Shown piece after piece: positions 8,015 through 17,704 of a stretch of DNA of 64,000 nt. Source of the stretch: an uncultured Flavobacteriaceae bacterium. Lineage in GTDB: Bacteria; Bacteroidota; Bacteroidia; NS11-12g; UBA955. The translations under genes were made by a program, and so were the position numbers. The notes beneath the pieces were generated by a model. It saw only the letters and a program-made list of their open reading frames with translations, did not search any database and was not told the DNA's origin. Position 1 is the stretch's first letter. Every line of letters starts with the position of its first letter. The stretch is taken from contig CAZKOM010000004.1 of NCBI GenBank assembly GCA_964554385.1, forward strand, positions 42 through 64,041. Direction: 5' to 3'.

Positions 8015-9242
8015 AATTTTCGGGCAATAATATTTCGTTGGCTGTTTCTAATAATTGTCCAGTAGTTACATCTCTAATAGACTGAACCGTTTCCTGAATT
8101 GGTTGTATGTAGCCTTTTTTAATCAAACTTTGTCCCATGTGGATCATCAAACCTGCTCTACTTTCGTTGGAAACAATTAGTTGTCCGATGTATTGATTTT
8201 TTGCTCTTGACAGTTGTACGGAACCTAAAGACTTCTTACGAAGCTTTTCTAATTCTTTGAAAATTAAGGAAACCGATTTGTAAATGTACTTCGGTTCGCT
8301 GCCAACAAAACAATGGAATAGACCAATCTCATCGAAAGTAGCATATCCACTTTCAACATTGTAAGTATATCCATATTTTTCTCGGATTGCCAAATTCAAC
8401 CGTGAGTTCATCGAGGGTCCACCCAATAAGTGATTGAGTAATAATAAAGACCAACGCTTTTGATTTTGTAACTCATAGGCATAGCATCCTATCATTGCAT
8501 AGGCTTGATTAAACTCGGTTTTTTTCTCTAGGGTAAATGGATCTATTTTTCGGAAAGGTTGCGATGCAATAGGTGAAGCACTTGGTAAAGGGGTTGAACT
8601 TGCAGGAAGAAATTTTTCTAAAGTACTGATAACCCGTTCTATAGAAATATTACCCACTACCGAAAATACCATATTTTGGAATTGGTAGTGCTTCTTAATG
8701 AAGTTTAACAAATCCGTTTGTTCAATTTTATTAACGCTTTCGGGTGTACCCAGAATATTATGTGCTAAGGGATGATCTCCAAATATTCGTTCTTGAAATT
8801 CGTCATAAATATTTTCTTCTGGAGTATCCAAATACATGTTTATTTCATCGATTATCACTTTCTTTTCCTTAACCAATTCTTGTGGTGGAATCGTAGATCG
8901 AAATACAACATCACACAGAATGTCGATTAATTTGCTATAATGATTGGAAGTACTGGTTCCATAAATACTGGTTAAATCTTTGGTAGTGAACGCATTAATT
9001 TCACCTCCCACACTTTCCATTCGGTTTAAAACGTGGATGGTTTTTCGTGTGGTTGTACCTTTAAAAAGCATGTGTTCAAGGCAATGAGCCAGGCCTGGTA
9101 AATGTTCGTCGTCTTTGCTGCCGGCATTGATAGTAAAACCAGCATGAAATAATTGGGTGCCTTTTACTCTTAGGTAGGCAATTCGTAAGCCGTTAGGTAA
9201 ACTTATTATCTGATAGGGGTTTCCTTTTGTGGAAGCTTGCAT
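7974..9242 (-). CDS. M16 family zinc peptidase (insulinase/pitrilysin-like)
   Basis: HxxEH zinc motif HCLEHMLFKGT near the N-terminus, LPNGLRIAY start and 422-aa size. The 3' end overlaps pnuC convergently by 41 bp. Confidence 0.8.
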   Translation of the reverse strand: MQASTKGNPYQIISLPNGLRIAYLRVKGTQLFHAGFTINAGSKDDEHLPGLAHCLEHMLFKGTTTRKTIHVLNRMESVGGEINAFTTKDLTSIYGTSTSNHYSKLIDILCDVVFRSTIPPQELVKEKKVIIDEINMYLDTPEENIYDEFQERIFGDHPLAHNILGTPESVNKIEQTDLLNFIKKHYQFQNMVFSVVGNISIERVISTLEKFLPASSTPLPSASPIASQPFRKIDPFTLEKKTEFNQAYAMIGCYAYELQNQKRWSLLLLNHLLGGPSMNSRLNLAIREKYGYTYNVESGYATFDEIGLFHCFVGSEPKYIYKSVSLIFKELEKLRKKSLGSVQLSRAKNQYIGQLIVSNESRAGLMIHMGQSLIKKGYIQPIQETVQSIRDVTTGQLLETANEILLPENFSSLMYMPDDSDS

Positions 9243-9286
9243 TTACACACAAAAATACCTTGGATATTCTGTATTTTTGTACAAAC

Positions 9287-10309
9287 ATGTTAACGGATAC
9301 TACGGCGGCCTTGGTGGCCAATATTGAGGCGGGTTTATATAAAAATGTTGTAATCACAACGCACCACAAACCGGATGGAGATGCTATGGGATCTTCGTTA
9401 GGATTGTGTGGGTTTTTGCGTACGAAAATTGATACAGTTAGCGTTGTCACACCTACCGATTACTCGGAGAATTTGTTTTGGTTACCCGGAAATGGAGAAG
9501 TTATTGAATGGGAACGGAACGAAGCTGAGGCCAAAGCCCTTGTTGAATCCGCTGATTTAATATTTTGTTTGGATTTTAATCGATTGTCTAGGATTAATCA
9601 AATGGGTGAACTAATTGCCCAATTGACCTGCGATAAAGTGATGATAGACCATCATTTAGAGCCTGAAGGATTTGAGAAATTCACTTTTTGGAATTCTCGA
9701 GCATCCTCTACTTGTGAGTTGGTGTATCGTTGGATTGAACACTATTTTGGATCGGTACATGTGGATGCAGATACAGCTACTTGTTTGTACACCGGATTAA
9801 TGACGGATACAGGTAATTTTCAGCATAACAATACCACCCCCGATACTCTAAGATTAGCTGCGGATTTAATGGAATTAGGCGCAAATCATTTGGATATTCA
9901 CGCTAGAATATATGATGTGTTTAGCGTAAGCAGAAGTAGATTGTTTGGGTACTCATTGTACAAAAAGATGGAAGTGATTCCGGATTGTAGGACAGCCTTG
10001 ATTTATCTATCGGCCGATGAATTAAAAGAATTTGATGTTAAAACCGGTGATACCGAAGGGCTAGTCAATTTTGGTTTGGGATTGAAAGATATCGTACTAA
10101 GTGTTTTGATAATTGATAGAACAGAACGAGTAAAAATGTCTTTTAGAAGCAAAGGGGATTTTGCTGTTAATGAATTTTCCGGAAAATATTTTCACGGTGG
10201 CGGACATAAAAATGCTGCAGGCGGACAAAGTGAAGATACGTTGGAGAATACGGTTGCATTATTTAAAGAGAAAATTCAATTGTATAAAAATGAATTACAA
10301 GCTATTTAA
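9287..10309 (+). CDS. nrnA: bifunctional oligoribonuclease / pAp phosphatase NrnA (DHH-DHHA1)
   Basis: The DHH motif VVITTHHKPDGDAMGSSLGL, and a C-terminal DHHA1 domain with GGGHKNAAG. The start is taken at the internal Met; the ORF track extends it to 9227. Confidence 0.75.
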   Translation: MLTDTTAALVANIEAGLYKNVVITTHHKPDGDAMGSSLGLCGFLRTKIDTVSVVTPTDYSENLFWLPGNGEVIEWERNEAEAKALVESADLIFCLDFNRLSRINQMGELIAQLTCDKVMIDHHLEPEGFEKFTFWNSRASSTCELVYRWIEHYFGSVHVDADTATCLYTGLMTDTGNFQHNNTTPDTLRLAADLMELGANHLDIHARIYDVFSVSRSRLFGYSLYKKMEVIPDCRTALIYLSADELKEFDVKTGDTEGLVNFGLGLKDIVLSVLIIDRTERVKMSFRSKGDFAVNEFSGKYFHGGGHKNAAGGQSEDTLENTVALFKEKIQLYKNELQAI

Positions 10310-11225
10310 ACCCATTCAGATTGCCAGTTTTGGAGTAATTGCTAGTGTTTTACTGTGGCAGTTATCGGCGTGCAATTCAAATAAAAAAACCTCGGGTGGA
10401 ACCGAATATAAATTCATTCAGGGCAAGGAATTAGATAGCATGTATGGTCCAAACCATATGATTTTGATGAAGCATTTGGTTTTAGGGCCAGACGGTGACA
10501 CACTTCAAAATGGTTTTGCTTCAGACTCAATGGAAGAAATTCCCTATCCTGTAGCAGCAAATTCTGATATTAAAGAAGTATTGCAAAAAATGTCGCCCGA
10601 AAGTACCGTTGAAATCTACATACCTACCGATTCATTAAAGCTAAGAATGCCAGGTAATCCTAAGATTGAAGCCTTATCTAGCGGTAAACGTGTAACTTTT
10701 TTAATAAAGGTTTTTAAAGTGCTGGATTTCGCTGAATACGACACCTATCGCAACACCAAAATGTTAACCCGAATCATGGCCGAAAATAAATTCATCGATA
10801 ATTATGCGGCTAATCACGGTGGAGGTTGGTTGTTGGACTCAAGCAGGATGATTAAATTCAGAATAAGTTCTGGTAATGAGACGGCTCAGAAACAGTCGAT
10901 TGAGTATTTGAAATCGTACAGCGACTTATTGAAAAATGCTCCGATTCACAAAGGGAATTCCATTTCTTTTGATTGTGAGGTAAGTACTTTGGATGGGATT
11001 CCAATTGTTAATTCAGTAATGGAAGGTAGAAAGTATAAGGCAATTTATGATGAGCAGTTCTTTGATATTCCTGCATTAAATACGTTGCCCTTTTATGTTC
11101 CTTCTAACTTGAAAGCTGAGTTTTTAGTTACATCAGGAGATGGTTTTGGCGCAGCGGGACGAGTGGGTATTCCATCGTATGCACCATTGCGAGTGCTGAT
11201 TTTTAATGTCGAAAAAATTAAGTAA
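10290..11225 (+). CDS. hypothetical lipoprotein
   Basis: MNYKLFKPIQIASFGVIASVLLWQLSAC is a lipoprotein signal with a lipobox Cys. No family recognised. The ORF-track extension to 10161 overlaps nrnA and is probably spurious. Confidence 0.45.
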   Translation: MNYKLFKPIQIASFGVIASVLLWQLSACNSNKKTSGGTEYKFIQGKELDSMYGPNHMILMKHLVLGPDGDTLQNGFASDSMEEIPYPVAANSDIKEVLQKMSPESTVEIYIPTDSLKLRMPGNPKIEALSSGKRVTFLIKVFKVLDFAEYDTYRNTKMLTRIMAENKFIDNYAANHGGGWLLDSSRMIKFRISSGNETAQKQSIEYLKSYSDLLKNAPIHKGNSISFDCEVSTLDGIPIVNSVMEGRKYKAIYDEQFFDIPALNTLPFYVPSNLKAEFLVTSGDGFGAAGRVGIPSYAPLRVLIFNVEKIK

Positions 11226-11232
11226 ACAGTTC

Positions 11233-12279
11233 ATGAAAAATATAGTAATCACGGGTGGTGCTGGTTTTATTGGTAGCCACGTTGTTCGAAGAATGGTAGC
11301 CAATCACCCCGATTTGCACATTATTAATGTTGATGCTCTAACCTATGCCGGGAACTTAGAGAATCTAAAAGATATAGAGGGTCAGCCCAATTACGAATTT
11401 GTTAAATTAGATATCACCGATGGTGCTGCTGTTGAAGCGTTGTTTTCTAGTAGAAAAATACATGGAGTTATACATTTGGCAGCCGAAAGTCATGTAGATC
11501 GAAGTATTACCAACCCATTGGATTTTGTAATGACAAACGTGGTTGGAACCGTGATTTTGTTGAATGCATTTAAAGCCTATGGCGATGCAGAAAACGGTAG
11601 ATTTTATCATGTTAGTACAGACGAAGTATATGGTACTCTTGGAGATGAAGGGAAGTTTACCGAAACAACCCCCTATGACCCAAACTCTCCGTACAGTGCT
11701 TCTAAAGCATCCAGCGATCACTTTGTGCGTGCTTATCACGAAACCTATAAATTACCAGTAGTTATTAGTAATTGCAGTAATAATTATGGCAGCCATCAGT
11801 TTCCTGAGAAGTTAATTCCTTTGATGATTCATAATATCACTCATAATAAACCGTTACCCGTTTATGGTAAAGGAGAGAATATTAGGGATTGGTTATGGGT
11901 AGAAGATCATGCTAGAGCTATTGAACTTATTTATTTTAATGGTGTTAATGGCGAAACCTACAATATCGGCGGGAATAACGAATGGAAAAACATTGATCTA
12001 GTTCACAAATTATGTGAAATAATGGATAGAAAGTTAGGTCGGAATTCGGGTGAATCGGCGAAATTAATAACCTATGTTACCGACAGAAAAGGTCATGATT
12101 TCCGATATGCAATTGATGCATCTAAATTAGAAAACGAACTTGGTTGGTCGCCTTCCGTTGCTTTCGATCAGGGCTTTGAGAAGACCATCGACTGGTATTT
12201 AGAAAATACGGAGTGGTTATCTCGAGTTACTAGTGGCGCCTACTCAGAATATTATTCGGCCATGTATACCAATCGATAA
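11233..12279 (+). CDS. rfbB: dTDP-glucose 4,6-dehydratase
   Basis: MKNIVITGGAGFIGSH Rossmann start, YxxxK (YSASKAS), and the length and motifs of RfbB/RmlB. Confidence 0.9.
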   Translation: MKNIVITGGAGFIGSHVVRRMVANHPDLHIINVDALTYAGNLENLKDIEGQPNYEFVKLDITDGAAVEALFSSRKIHGVIHLAAESHVDRSITNPLDFVMTNVVGTVILLNAFKAYGDAENGRFYHVSTDEVYGTLGDEGKFTETTPYDPNSPYSASKASSDHFVRAYHETYKLPVVISNCSNNYGSHQFPEKLIPLMIHNITHNKPLPVYGKGENIRDWLWVEDHARAIELIYFNGVNGETYNIGGNNEWKNIDLVHKLCEIMDRKLGRNSGESAKLITYVTDRKGHDFRYAIDASKLENELGWSPSVAFDQGFEKTIDWYLENTEWLSRVTSGAYSEYYSAMYTNR

Positions 12280-12283
12280 AATC

Positions 12284-13780
12284 ATGTCACAATTTCGAAT
12301 ATATAACACAATAACCCGCACGATAGAAGCATTTAGTAGCATTAACCCAGGACATGTTGGAATGTATGTTTGTGGACCCACTGTATATGGACCTCCGCAT
12401 TTAGGACATGTTCGGGGACCGGTTGTGTTTGATGTTACCCGCAGGTATTTGCAGCATTTAGGCTACAAGGTGAGATTTGTTCGAAACATTACAGATGTTG
12501 GACACTTAGTTGGGGATGCCGATGAGGGTGAGGATAAATTATCAAAGCAGGCAAAAGTGGAGCAGTTAGAGCCTATGGAGATAGCTCAATTGTACACCGA
12601 TGCTTACAATAAAGTGTTGGATGCAATAAATGTTTTACGTCCGAGCATAGAGCCAAGAGCTACAGGCCATATTATTGAGCAAATTGAGATGATTCAAGCC
12701 ATCATCGATAAAGGTTTGGCTTATGAAGTGAACGGGTCTGTATATTTTGATGTTGAAGCGTATAACAAAGTTAAAGTTTATGGGATCTTAAGTGGACGTG
12801 TGTTAGAGGACTTGCAGGCCGGTGCAGGAAATCAAAGCAGGCAATTAGAGGGACAGGATGAAAAAAGGCATCCGAATGACTTTGCGTTATGGAAAAAAGC
12901 CACGCCAGAACACATCATGCAATGGACAAGTCCTTGGGGTAAAGGCTTCCCTGGATGGCATATTGAATGTAGCGCAATGAGTGCAAAGTATTTGGGCGAA
13001 CAGTTTGATATTCATGGAGGTGGAATGGATTTGCTTTTCCCACATCACGAATGTGAAATTGCACAAAGTACGGCAGCACATAATCATCAGCCTGCGAGAT
13101 TTTGGATACACCATAATATGATAACCATTAATGGTCAGAAAATGGCTAAAAGTTTAAATAACGGGATTATGGTGGAGCAATTGTTTAGCGGTAATCATCC
13201 ATTGTTACAACAGGCATTTTCACCTATGACATTGCGGTTTTTTGTGTTGCAAGCACATTATAGAGGAACCTTAGATTTTAGCAATGAAGCACTGTTGGCC
13301 TCTCAAAAAGGATGGCAACGATTGCAAGCAGCGATTTCATTATTGTCGTCGCTTAGAACCACTGAGAACACTTCTAATGATACATCCGAGGATTGGTTAA
13401 TTGCTCAAGATTTAGAGGATAATATTTTTAATAGTTTAAATGACGATTTGAATACCCCTCAAGTAATCGCTCAACTGTTTGAATTATCAAGAAGAATTAA
13501 TTTGGTGAATGACGGAAAAGCGAAAATCACTGAGGCTACGAAAGTCCATTTTATTCGTTTGTGGGAAACGGTAGGATTAGGAATATTAGGATTGTTGATC
13601 GAATCTGCTGCTGGTGACGATTCTGCTTTGTCTGATGCTATGGATATATTGCTGGGATTGCGTTCTAAGGCTAAAGCGGATAAAAATTGGGCTTTAAGCG
13701 ATGAAATTCGTGATGCACTGAAAGATAAAGGTTTTGAAATAAAAGACGGTAAAGAAGGAAGTACTTGGTTTAAAAATTAA
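12284..13780 (+). CDS. cysS: cysteine--tRNA ligase
   Basis: HIGH-type motif (GPPHLGHVRG), KMSKS-type motif (KMAKSLNN) and Cys-binding WHIECS. The start is ATG 12284, 2 nt after the rfbB stop. Confidence 0.9.
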   Translation: MSQFRIYNTITRTIEAFSSINPGHVGMYVCGPTVYGPPHLGHVRGPVVFDVTRRYLQHLGYKVRFVRNITDVGHLVGDADEGEDKLSKQAKVEQLEPMEIAQLYTDAYNKVLDAINVLRPSIEPRATGHIIEQIEMIQAIIDKGLAYEVNGSVYFDVEAYNKVKVYGILSGRVLEDLQAGAGNQSRQLEGQDEKRHPNDFALWKKATPEHIMQWTSPWGKGFPGWHIECSAMSAKYLGEQFDIHGGGMDLLFPHHECEIAQSTAAHNHQPARFWIHHNMITINGQKMAKSLNNGIMVEQLFSGNHPLLQQAFSPMTLRFFVLQAHYRGTLDFSNEALLASQKGWQRLQAAISLLSSLRTTENTSNDTSEDWLIAQDLEDNIFNSLNDDLNTPQVIAQLFELSRRINLVNDGKAKITEATKVHFIRLWETVGLGILGLLIESAAGDDSALSDAMDILLGLRSKAKADKNWALSDEIRDALKDKGFEIKDGKEGSTWFKN

Positions 13781-13801
13781 TTGATTTAATAACAATTATT
13801 T

Positions 13802-14494
13802 ATGCCTGGTCACTTTACCTTTTACTCAAATACCATTAGTGGGGATGTTGCTTTGTTCGATGAAACTGAATTTAAGCACGCGATACAAGTATTGCGGTAT
13901 CAGATGGGTAGTATTATTTCCTTCACGGACGGAATGGGCGCACTGTATGAAGCAACGATAAATTCTATCGGTAAACGCGATTTTTCGGCTAAAATCGGTT
14001 CAAAGACCGTTGTAGAACCGCTTCCTTCAATAATTCTAGCAATGGGAATATTGAAATCCAGTGATAGAATGGAGTGGGCTTTGGAAAAGTGTACGGAATT
14101 AGGGGTAAGTGAATTTTGGTTTTTAAAAACAAAAAATTCAGAACGTTCTCATTTAAACTTAGATCGATTGAAAAAGGTTGCTATTTCTGCTATGAAGCAG
14201 TCGCATTCGGCCTATTTGCCCCAATTGAAATCTCTAAATTTTGAGGAAGCTGTCCAATTATCTGAGGGGATATCCAACAACAAGTACATTGCATATTGTG
14301 GCGATTTTGATAGTAAGCCCATTCGAAATTCAGAGATTCCAGCGGTGTTTTTTGTAGGACCGGAAGGTGATTTTACAGAATCAGAGTATCAGGTTGCGGT
14401 GAAAAGTGGATTTGTTGGAACAGGTTTAGGACCTTCAATTTTGAGATCAGAAACTGCATCCGTAGCGGTCTTATCCGCCTTGCGTTTGAAATAA
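13802..14494 (+). CDS. rsmE: 16S rRNA (uracil1498-N3)-methyltransferase RsmE
   Basis: 230 aa. The C-terminal VGPEGDFTESEY motif and overall size fit the RsmE SPOUT family. Confidence 0.7.
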   Translation: MPGHFTFYSNTISGDVALFDETEFKHAIQVLRYQMGSIISFTDGMGALYEATINSIGKRDFSAKIGSKTVVEPLPSIILAMGILKSSDRMEWALEKCTELGVSEFWFLKTKNSERSHLNLDRLKKVAISAMKQSHSAYLPQLKSLNFEEAVQLSEGISNNKYIAYCGDFDSKPIRNSEIPAVFFVGPEGDFTESEYQVAVKSGFVGTGLGPSILRSETASVAVLSALRLK

Positions 14495-14509
14495 ATTATC
14501 TTTGTAGCT

Positions 14510-15808
14510 GTGAATATACTTTTGTTAGGTTCTGGAGGCAGAGAACATGCCTTTGCTTATAAAATTTGTCAGTCTGAAAGTGTGTCAAAACTCTTTATTG
14601 CACCAGGCAATGCTGGAACTGCAATGTTGGGAGAAAATGTATCCTTAAATCCTACTGATTTATCTGCTGTTTATGCTTTTTGCAAGCAGGAGCATATTGA
14701 TTTACTTATCCCAGGTAATGAAGATCCTCTGGTTGCGGGTTTGGTTGATTATATTTCCGAAAAGTCAGTGGAGGATGGAATAAATATCCGTGTTGCTGGA
14801 CCCAGTAAATGGTGCGCACAATTGGAGTGATCTAAGGATTTCGCGAAAGCGTTTATGCAACGAAATGGAATACCAACAGCACGTTATGAGTCGTTTGGAG
14901 CACATAATTTATCGCAAGCATATTCGTTTTTAGAAACATTAAGTCCGCCCTATGTGCTAAAGGCCGATGGGTTGGCGGCTGGTAAAGGGGTTATTATAAC
15001 AGAATCTTTACTAGAGGCTAAAGAGGCACTTGCAGAAATGACCCAACAAGGTAAATTTGGCAAAGCCGGTGAGGTAGTGGTGATAGAAGAGTTTTTAAAG
15101 GGAATAGAGTTAAGTGTTTTTGTGGTAAGTGATGGAAATACATGGCAATTATTAGCTTCGGCTAAGGATTACAAAAGAATTGGGGATGGAGATACCGGAT
15201 TGAATACAGGCGGTATGGGGGCAATTTCTCCGGTGCCTTTTGCCGATGAGGAGTTCATGAAAAAAGTAGTGGATCGGATAGTGGAGCCAACATTTAGCGG
15301 ATTGAAGAATGAAGGTCATCCTTACAAAGGGTTTCTATTTGTAGGATTGATGAATGTAGACGGAGATCCTATGGTGATTGAATATAATGTTCGAATGGGT
15401 GATCCCGAGACAGAAGCCATTTTTCCACGATTGGACTCGTCATTATTGGACTTATTGCATTGCATTGCAACTGAAAATTTGCACAACTACAAAGTAGTAT
15501 TAAACGCTTCAACGGCAGCTACCTTGTTTTTGGTTTCTGCAGGATACCCCGGAGATATTGAAAAAGGTAAAGCAATCACATTACCGGTTGAAAAGGATGA
15601 ATTACTGCACGAACAATGGATATTTCATGCAGGAACAGCTATCAAAAATGGTGAATTAGTAACTAACGGGGGAAGAGTAATTGCGGTTACTTCGTTGGGT
15701 GACTCAATTGTATCGGCATTAGACCGATCCAATGAATTGGCTTCTAAGATTCAATTTGAAGGTAAATATCAGCGAAGTGATATAGGATTAGATTTACTTA
15801 GAAAGTAG
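14510..15808 (+). pseudogene. purD: phosphoribosylamine--glycine ligase (PurD) interrupted by an in-frame TGA at 14828-14830
   Basis: ORF 14510-14830 is the PurD N-domain (MNILLLGSGGREHAFAYKI) and ORF 14855-15808 is the ATP-grasp and C-terminal domains (LKADGLAAGKGV). Both are in the same frame. The stop replaces the Gly of the conserved AAQLEGSK motif, giving CAQLE*SK. Confidence 0.75.
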
Positions 15809-15828
15809 AAAGATTATTCAATTATAGT

Positions 15829-16443
15829 ATGTCCAATAATCAATATACCCCCTACGATTCAATTTTAAGGTCTAAAATGAAAAGTCCAATAAGGAAAGTA
15901 TTAGGCTATTTCTTACAGGGATTATTGGTGGTAATTCCCATTGGAGCAACGGTAGGTGTTTTGGTTTGGTTGTATCGAGGAATTCAATCGTGGTTGGATT
16001 TAGGTCATGTGAGCTGGGGTGCATTTGGAATATATATAGTTATTGGATTTGGGATAATTTTATTGGTTGGAGTATTTACTAAGGGGGTAATTGCTCAGCA
16101 GATTATGGAATTTTTTGAGGGAATTATTGAAAAGGCTCCAGGATTGAATTTAATTTTTGGTACCACCAAAGACTTAACCCATGCTTTTGTAGGAGAAAAG
16201 AAAAAATTTAATAAACCCGTAGTAGTAGAAATCTCTGCGGGTTTATATCGAATGGGATTCATGACCCAAACATCCTTGGATGCTATTGAGATGCCCGATT
16301 ATGTTTCAGTATACTTGCCATATAGTTATGCATTTTCGGGTGAGATGGTAATCATTCATAAGGATAAAATACGTCGATTGGATTTAGAAGGATCCGATGT
16401 GACCAAATTTGTGCTCAGTGGCGGTGCTGCAGAGTTAAAATAA
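15829..16443 (+). CDS. DUF502 family membrane protein
   Basis: 204 aa with two N-terminal TM helices (LQGLLVVIPIGATVGVLVWLY) and a central YLPYSYAFSGEM motif, consistent with DUF502. Confidence 0.5.
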   Translation: MSNNQYTPYDSILRSKMKSPIRKVLGYFLQGLLVVIPIGATVGVLVWLYRGIQSWLDLGHVSWGAFGIYIVIGFGIILLVGVFTKGVIAQQIMEFFEGIIEKAPGLNLIFGTTKDLTHAFVGEKKKFNKPVVVEISAGLYRMGFMTQTSLDAIEMPDYVSVYLPYSYAFSGEMVIIHKDKIRRLDLEGSDVTKFVLSGGAAELK

Positions 16444-16514
16444 TCCCGAGAATGGGGATAATTTTTCGGATGATTAAACGTTGATTTATCAACCACTACA
16501 TTTAATTTGAATTT

Positions 16515-17234
16515 ATGTTGCTTTCATTATTAACATTGCTACAAACCGCGGGAACCAATGTGGATCCAGCAGCGGCAGCTCAACAACAACAACAGGCTGC
16601 TAAAGTTGCCGAAGAAGGAATTCCCATGTTATCGATCATGGTTAAAGGTGGATTCGTAATGGGTTTATTGGCCGTGTGCGTATTGTTAACCATTTATTTT
16701 ATCATCGAACGATTTATTTATATCAATAATCGCTCGAAGATTGATCTTACCTTGGTTAGTGCGATCAAGGATAATTTGAAAGAAAACCGATTTGATTCTG
16801 CTTATCAGTTGTGTGCCAGAACCAATACAGCACAAGCACAAATGATGGCTACAGGATTAAATTTATTGGGTGCGAATTTGCGTGAAATAGAAAGTGCCAT
16901 GGAGACCAGAGCTAATATTGAATTGAGTGCCATGGAAGGCAACTTGTCTTATTTAAGTCTTATTGCTCGTATTGCACCGATGTTGGGATTTGTGGGAACC
17001 ATTTGGGGGGTAATTAATATTTTCTATACTGTTGCCCAGGTGGGTGGTTTAGAGATTGGTGCCATTGCCGATGGTTTGTATATTAAGTTAGTAACCAGTT
17101 TTGCGGGTTTGTTGGTGGGTATAATCTCTTTCTTTGGCTATCAATTGTTTATGCGTAAGATTGATAAGTTTGCTGAAAGATTGCAGGAGCAATCATTGCA
17201 GTTGATGGAATTACTTACTAAGTCTAACCATTAA
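16515..17234 (+). CDS. exbB: MotA/TolQ/ExbB family proton-channel protein
   Basis: 239 aa with a signal-like N-terminus, a Gln-rich linker and three TM helices in ExbB arrangement. It is followed directly by exbD. Confidence 0.75.
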   Translation: MLLSLLTLLQTAGTNVDPAAAAQQQQQAAKVAEEGIPMLSIMVKGGFVMGLLAVCVLLTIYFIIERFIYINNRSKIDLTLVSAIKDNLKENRFDSAYQLCARTNTAQAQMMATGLNLLGANLREIESAMETRANIELSAMEGNLSYLSLIARIAPMLGFVGTIWGVINIFYTVAQVGGLEIGAIADGLYIKLVTSFAGLLVGIISFFGYQLFMRKIDKFAERLQEQSLQLMELLTKSNH

Positions 17235-17244
17235 TTTTTAAACT

Positions 17245-17691
17245 ATGAAAATTGGAAGAAGAAGGCGCGAAGAAGCGGAAGTTGAATCTTCGGCGATGAA
17301 CGACATCATGTTTTTCTTGATGTTATTCTTCCTAATTGCTTCTACGTTGGCAAATCCCAATGTTATTAATATTACGCTTCCTAAAGCAAAAACCACAACA
17401 GCAGTTCATACAAAAACGTTGCCCATTACCGTGAAAGTAGCCGGTAAGGGTACTGAGAATGAACAGGTTCAAATTTATTTTGAGCAAAAAATGGTTGCAT
17501 TTGAAGATATGGAGGCTATACTTACTGAAGAACGAGATAAGTACGCCGATCCTGCAAATCCACAAAATGGATTAAACGTTGTATTGCGTTTAGAAAAAGA
17601 TTTGGAGGTTCAGGACATGGTAGACGTTATGCAAGTGGTAGCCAATTTGGGTATTAAAATGGTGCTTGCCACCGATAAATCAACTAAATAG
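17245..17691 (+). CDS. exbD: ExbD/TolR biopolymer transport protein
   Basis: 148 aa. The N-terminus MNDIMFFLMLFFLIASTL is a single TM helix, with the periplasmic domain typical of ExbD. Confidence 0.8.
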   Translation: MKIGRRRREEAEVESSAMNDIMFFLMLFFLIASTLANPNVINITLPKAKTTTAVHTKTLPITVKVAGKGTENEQVQIYFEQKMVAFEDMEAILTEERDKYADPANPQNGLNVVLRLEKDLEVQDMVDVMQVVANLGIKMVLATDKSTK

Positions 17692-17704
17692 TCTCCGATA
17701 CTCC

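Noticed and set aside
10161-10289. ORF-track extension of the lipoprotein gene upstream into nrnA.
   Set aside because: The internal Met at 10290 gives a classical lipoprotein signal peptide. The upstream extension overlaps the nrnA 3' end in another frame and is probably not translated.
14828-14830. Possibility that the genome uses genetic code 25 (UGA = Gly), because the purD TGA replaces a conserved Gly.
   Set aside because: All other genes in the window translate as long uninterrupted ORFs under the standard code, with TGA used as an ordinary stop (for example the frame-B end of the ABC exporter). A single recoded codon does not support a code change.
16573-16590. (CAA)4-5 trinucleotide run in exbB encoding QQQQQ.
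   Set aside because: Short, in-frame and in a linker region typical of ExbB Gln/Ala-rich segments. No evidence of phase variation.
17666-17704. ATG start at 17666 for the PagL-like gene, overlapping exbD.
   Set aside because: A GTG at 17705 yields a proper signal peptide and avoids the overlap. The upstream 13 codons (MPPINQLNSLRYS) lack signal-peptide character.
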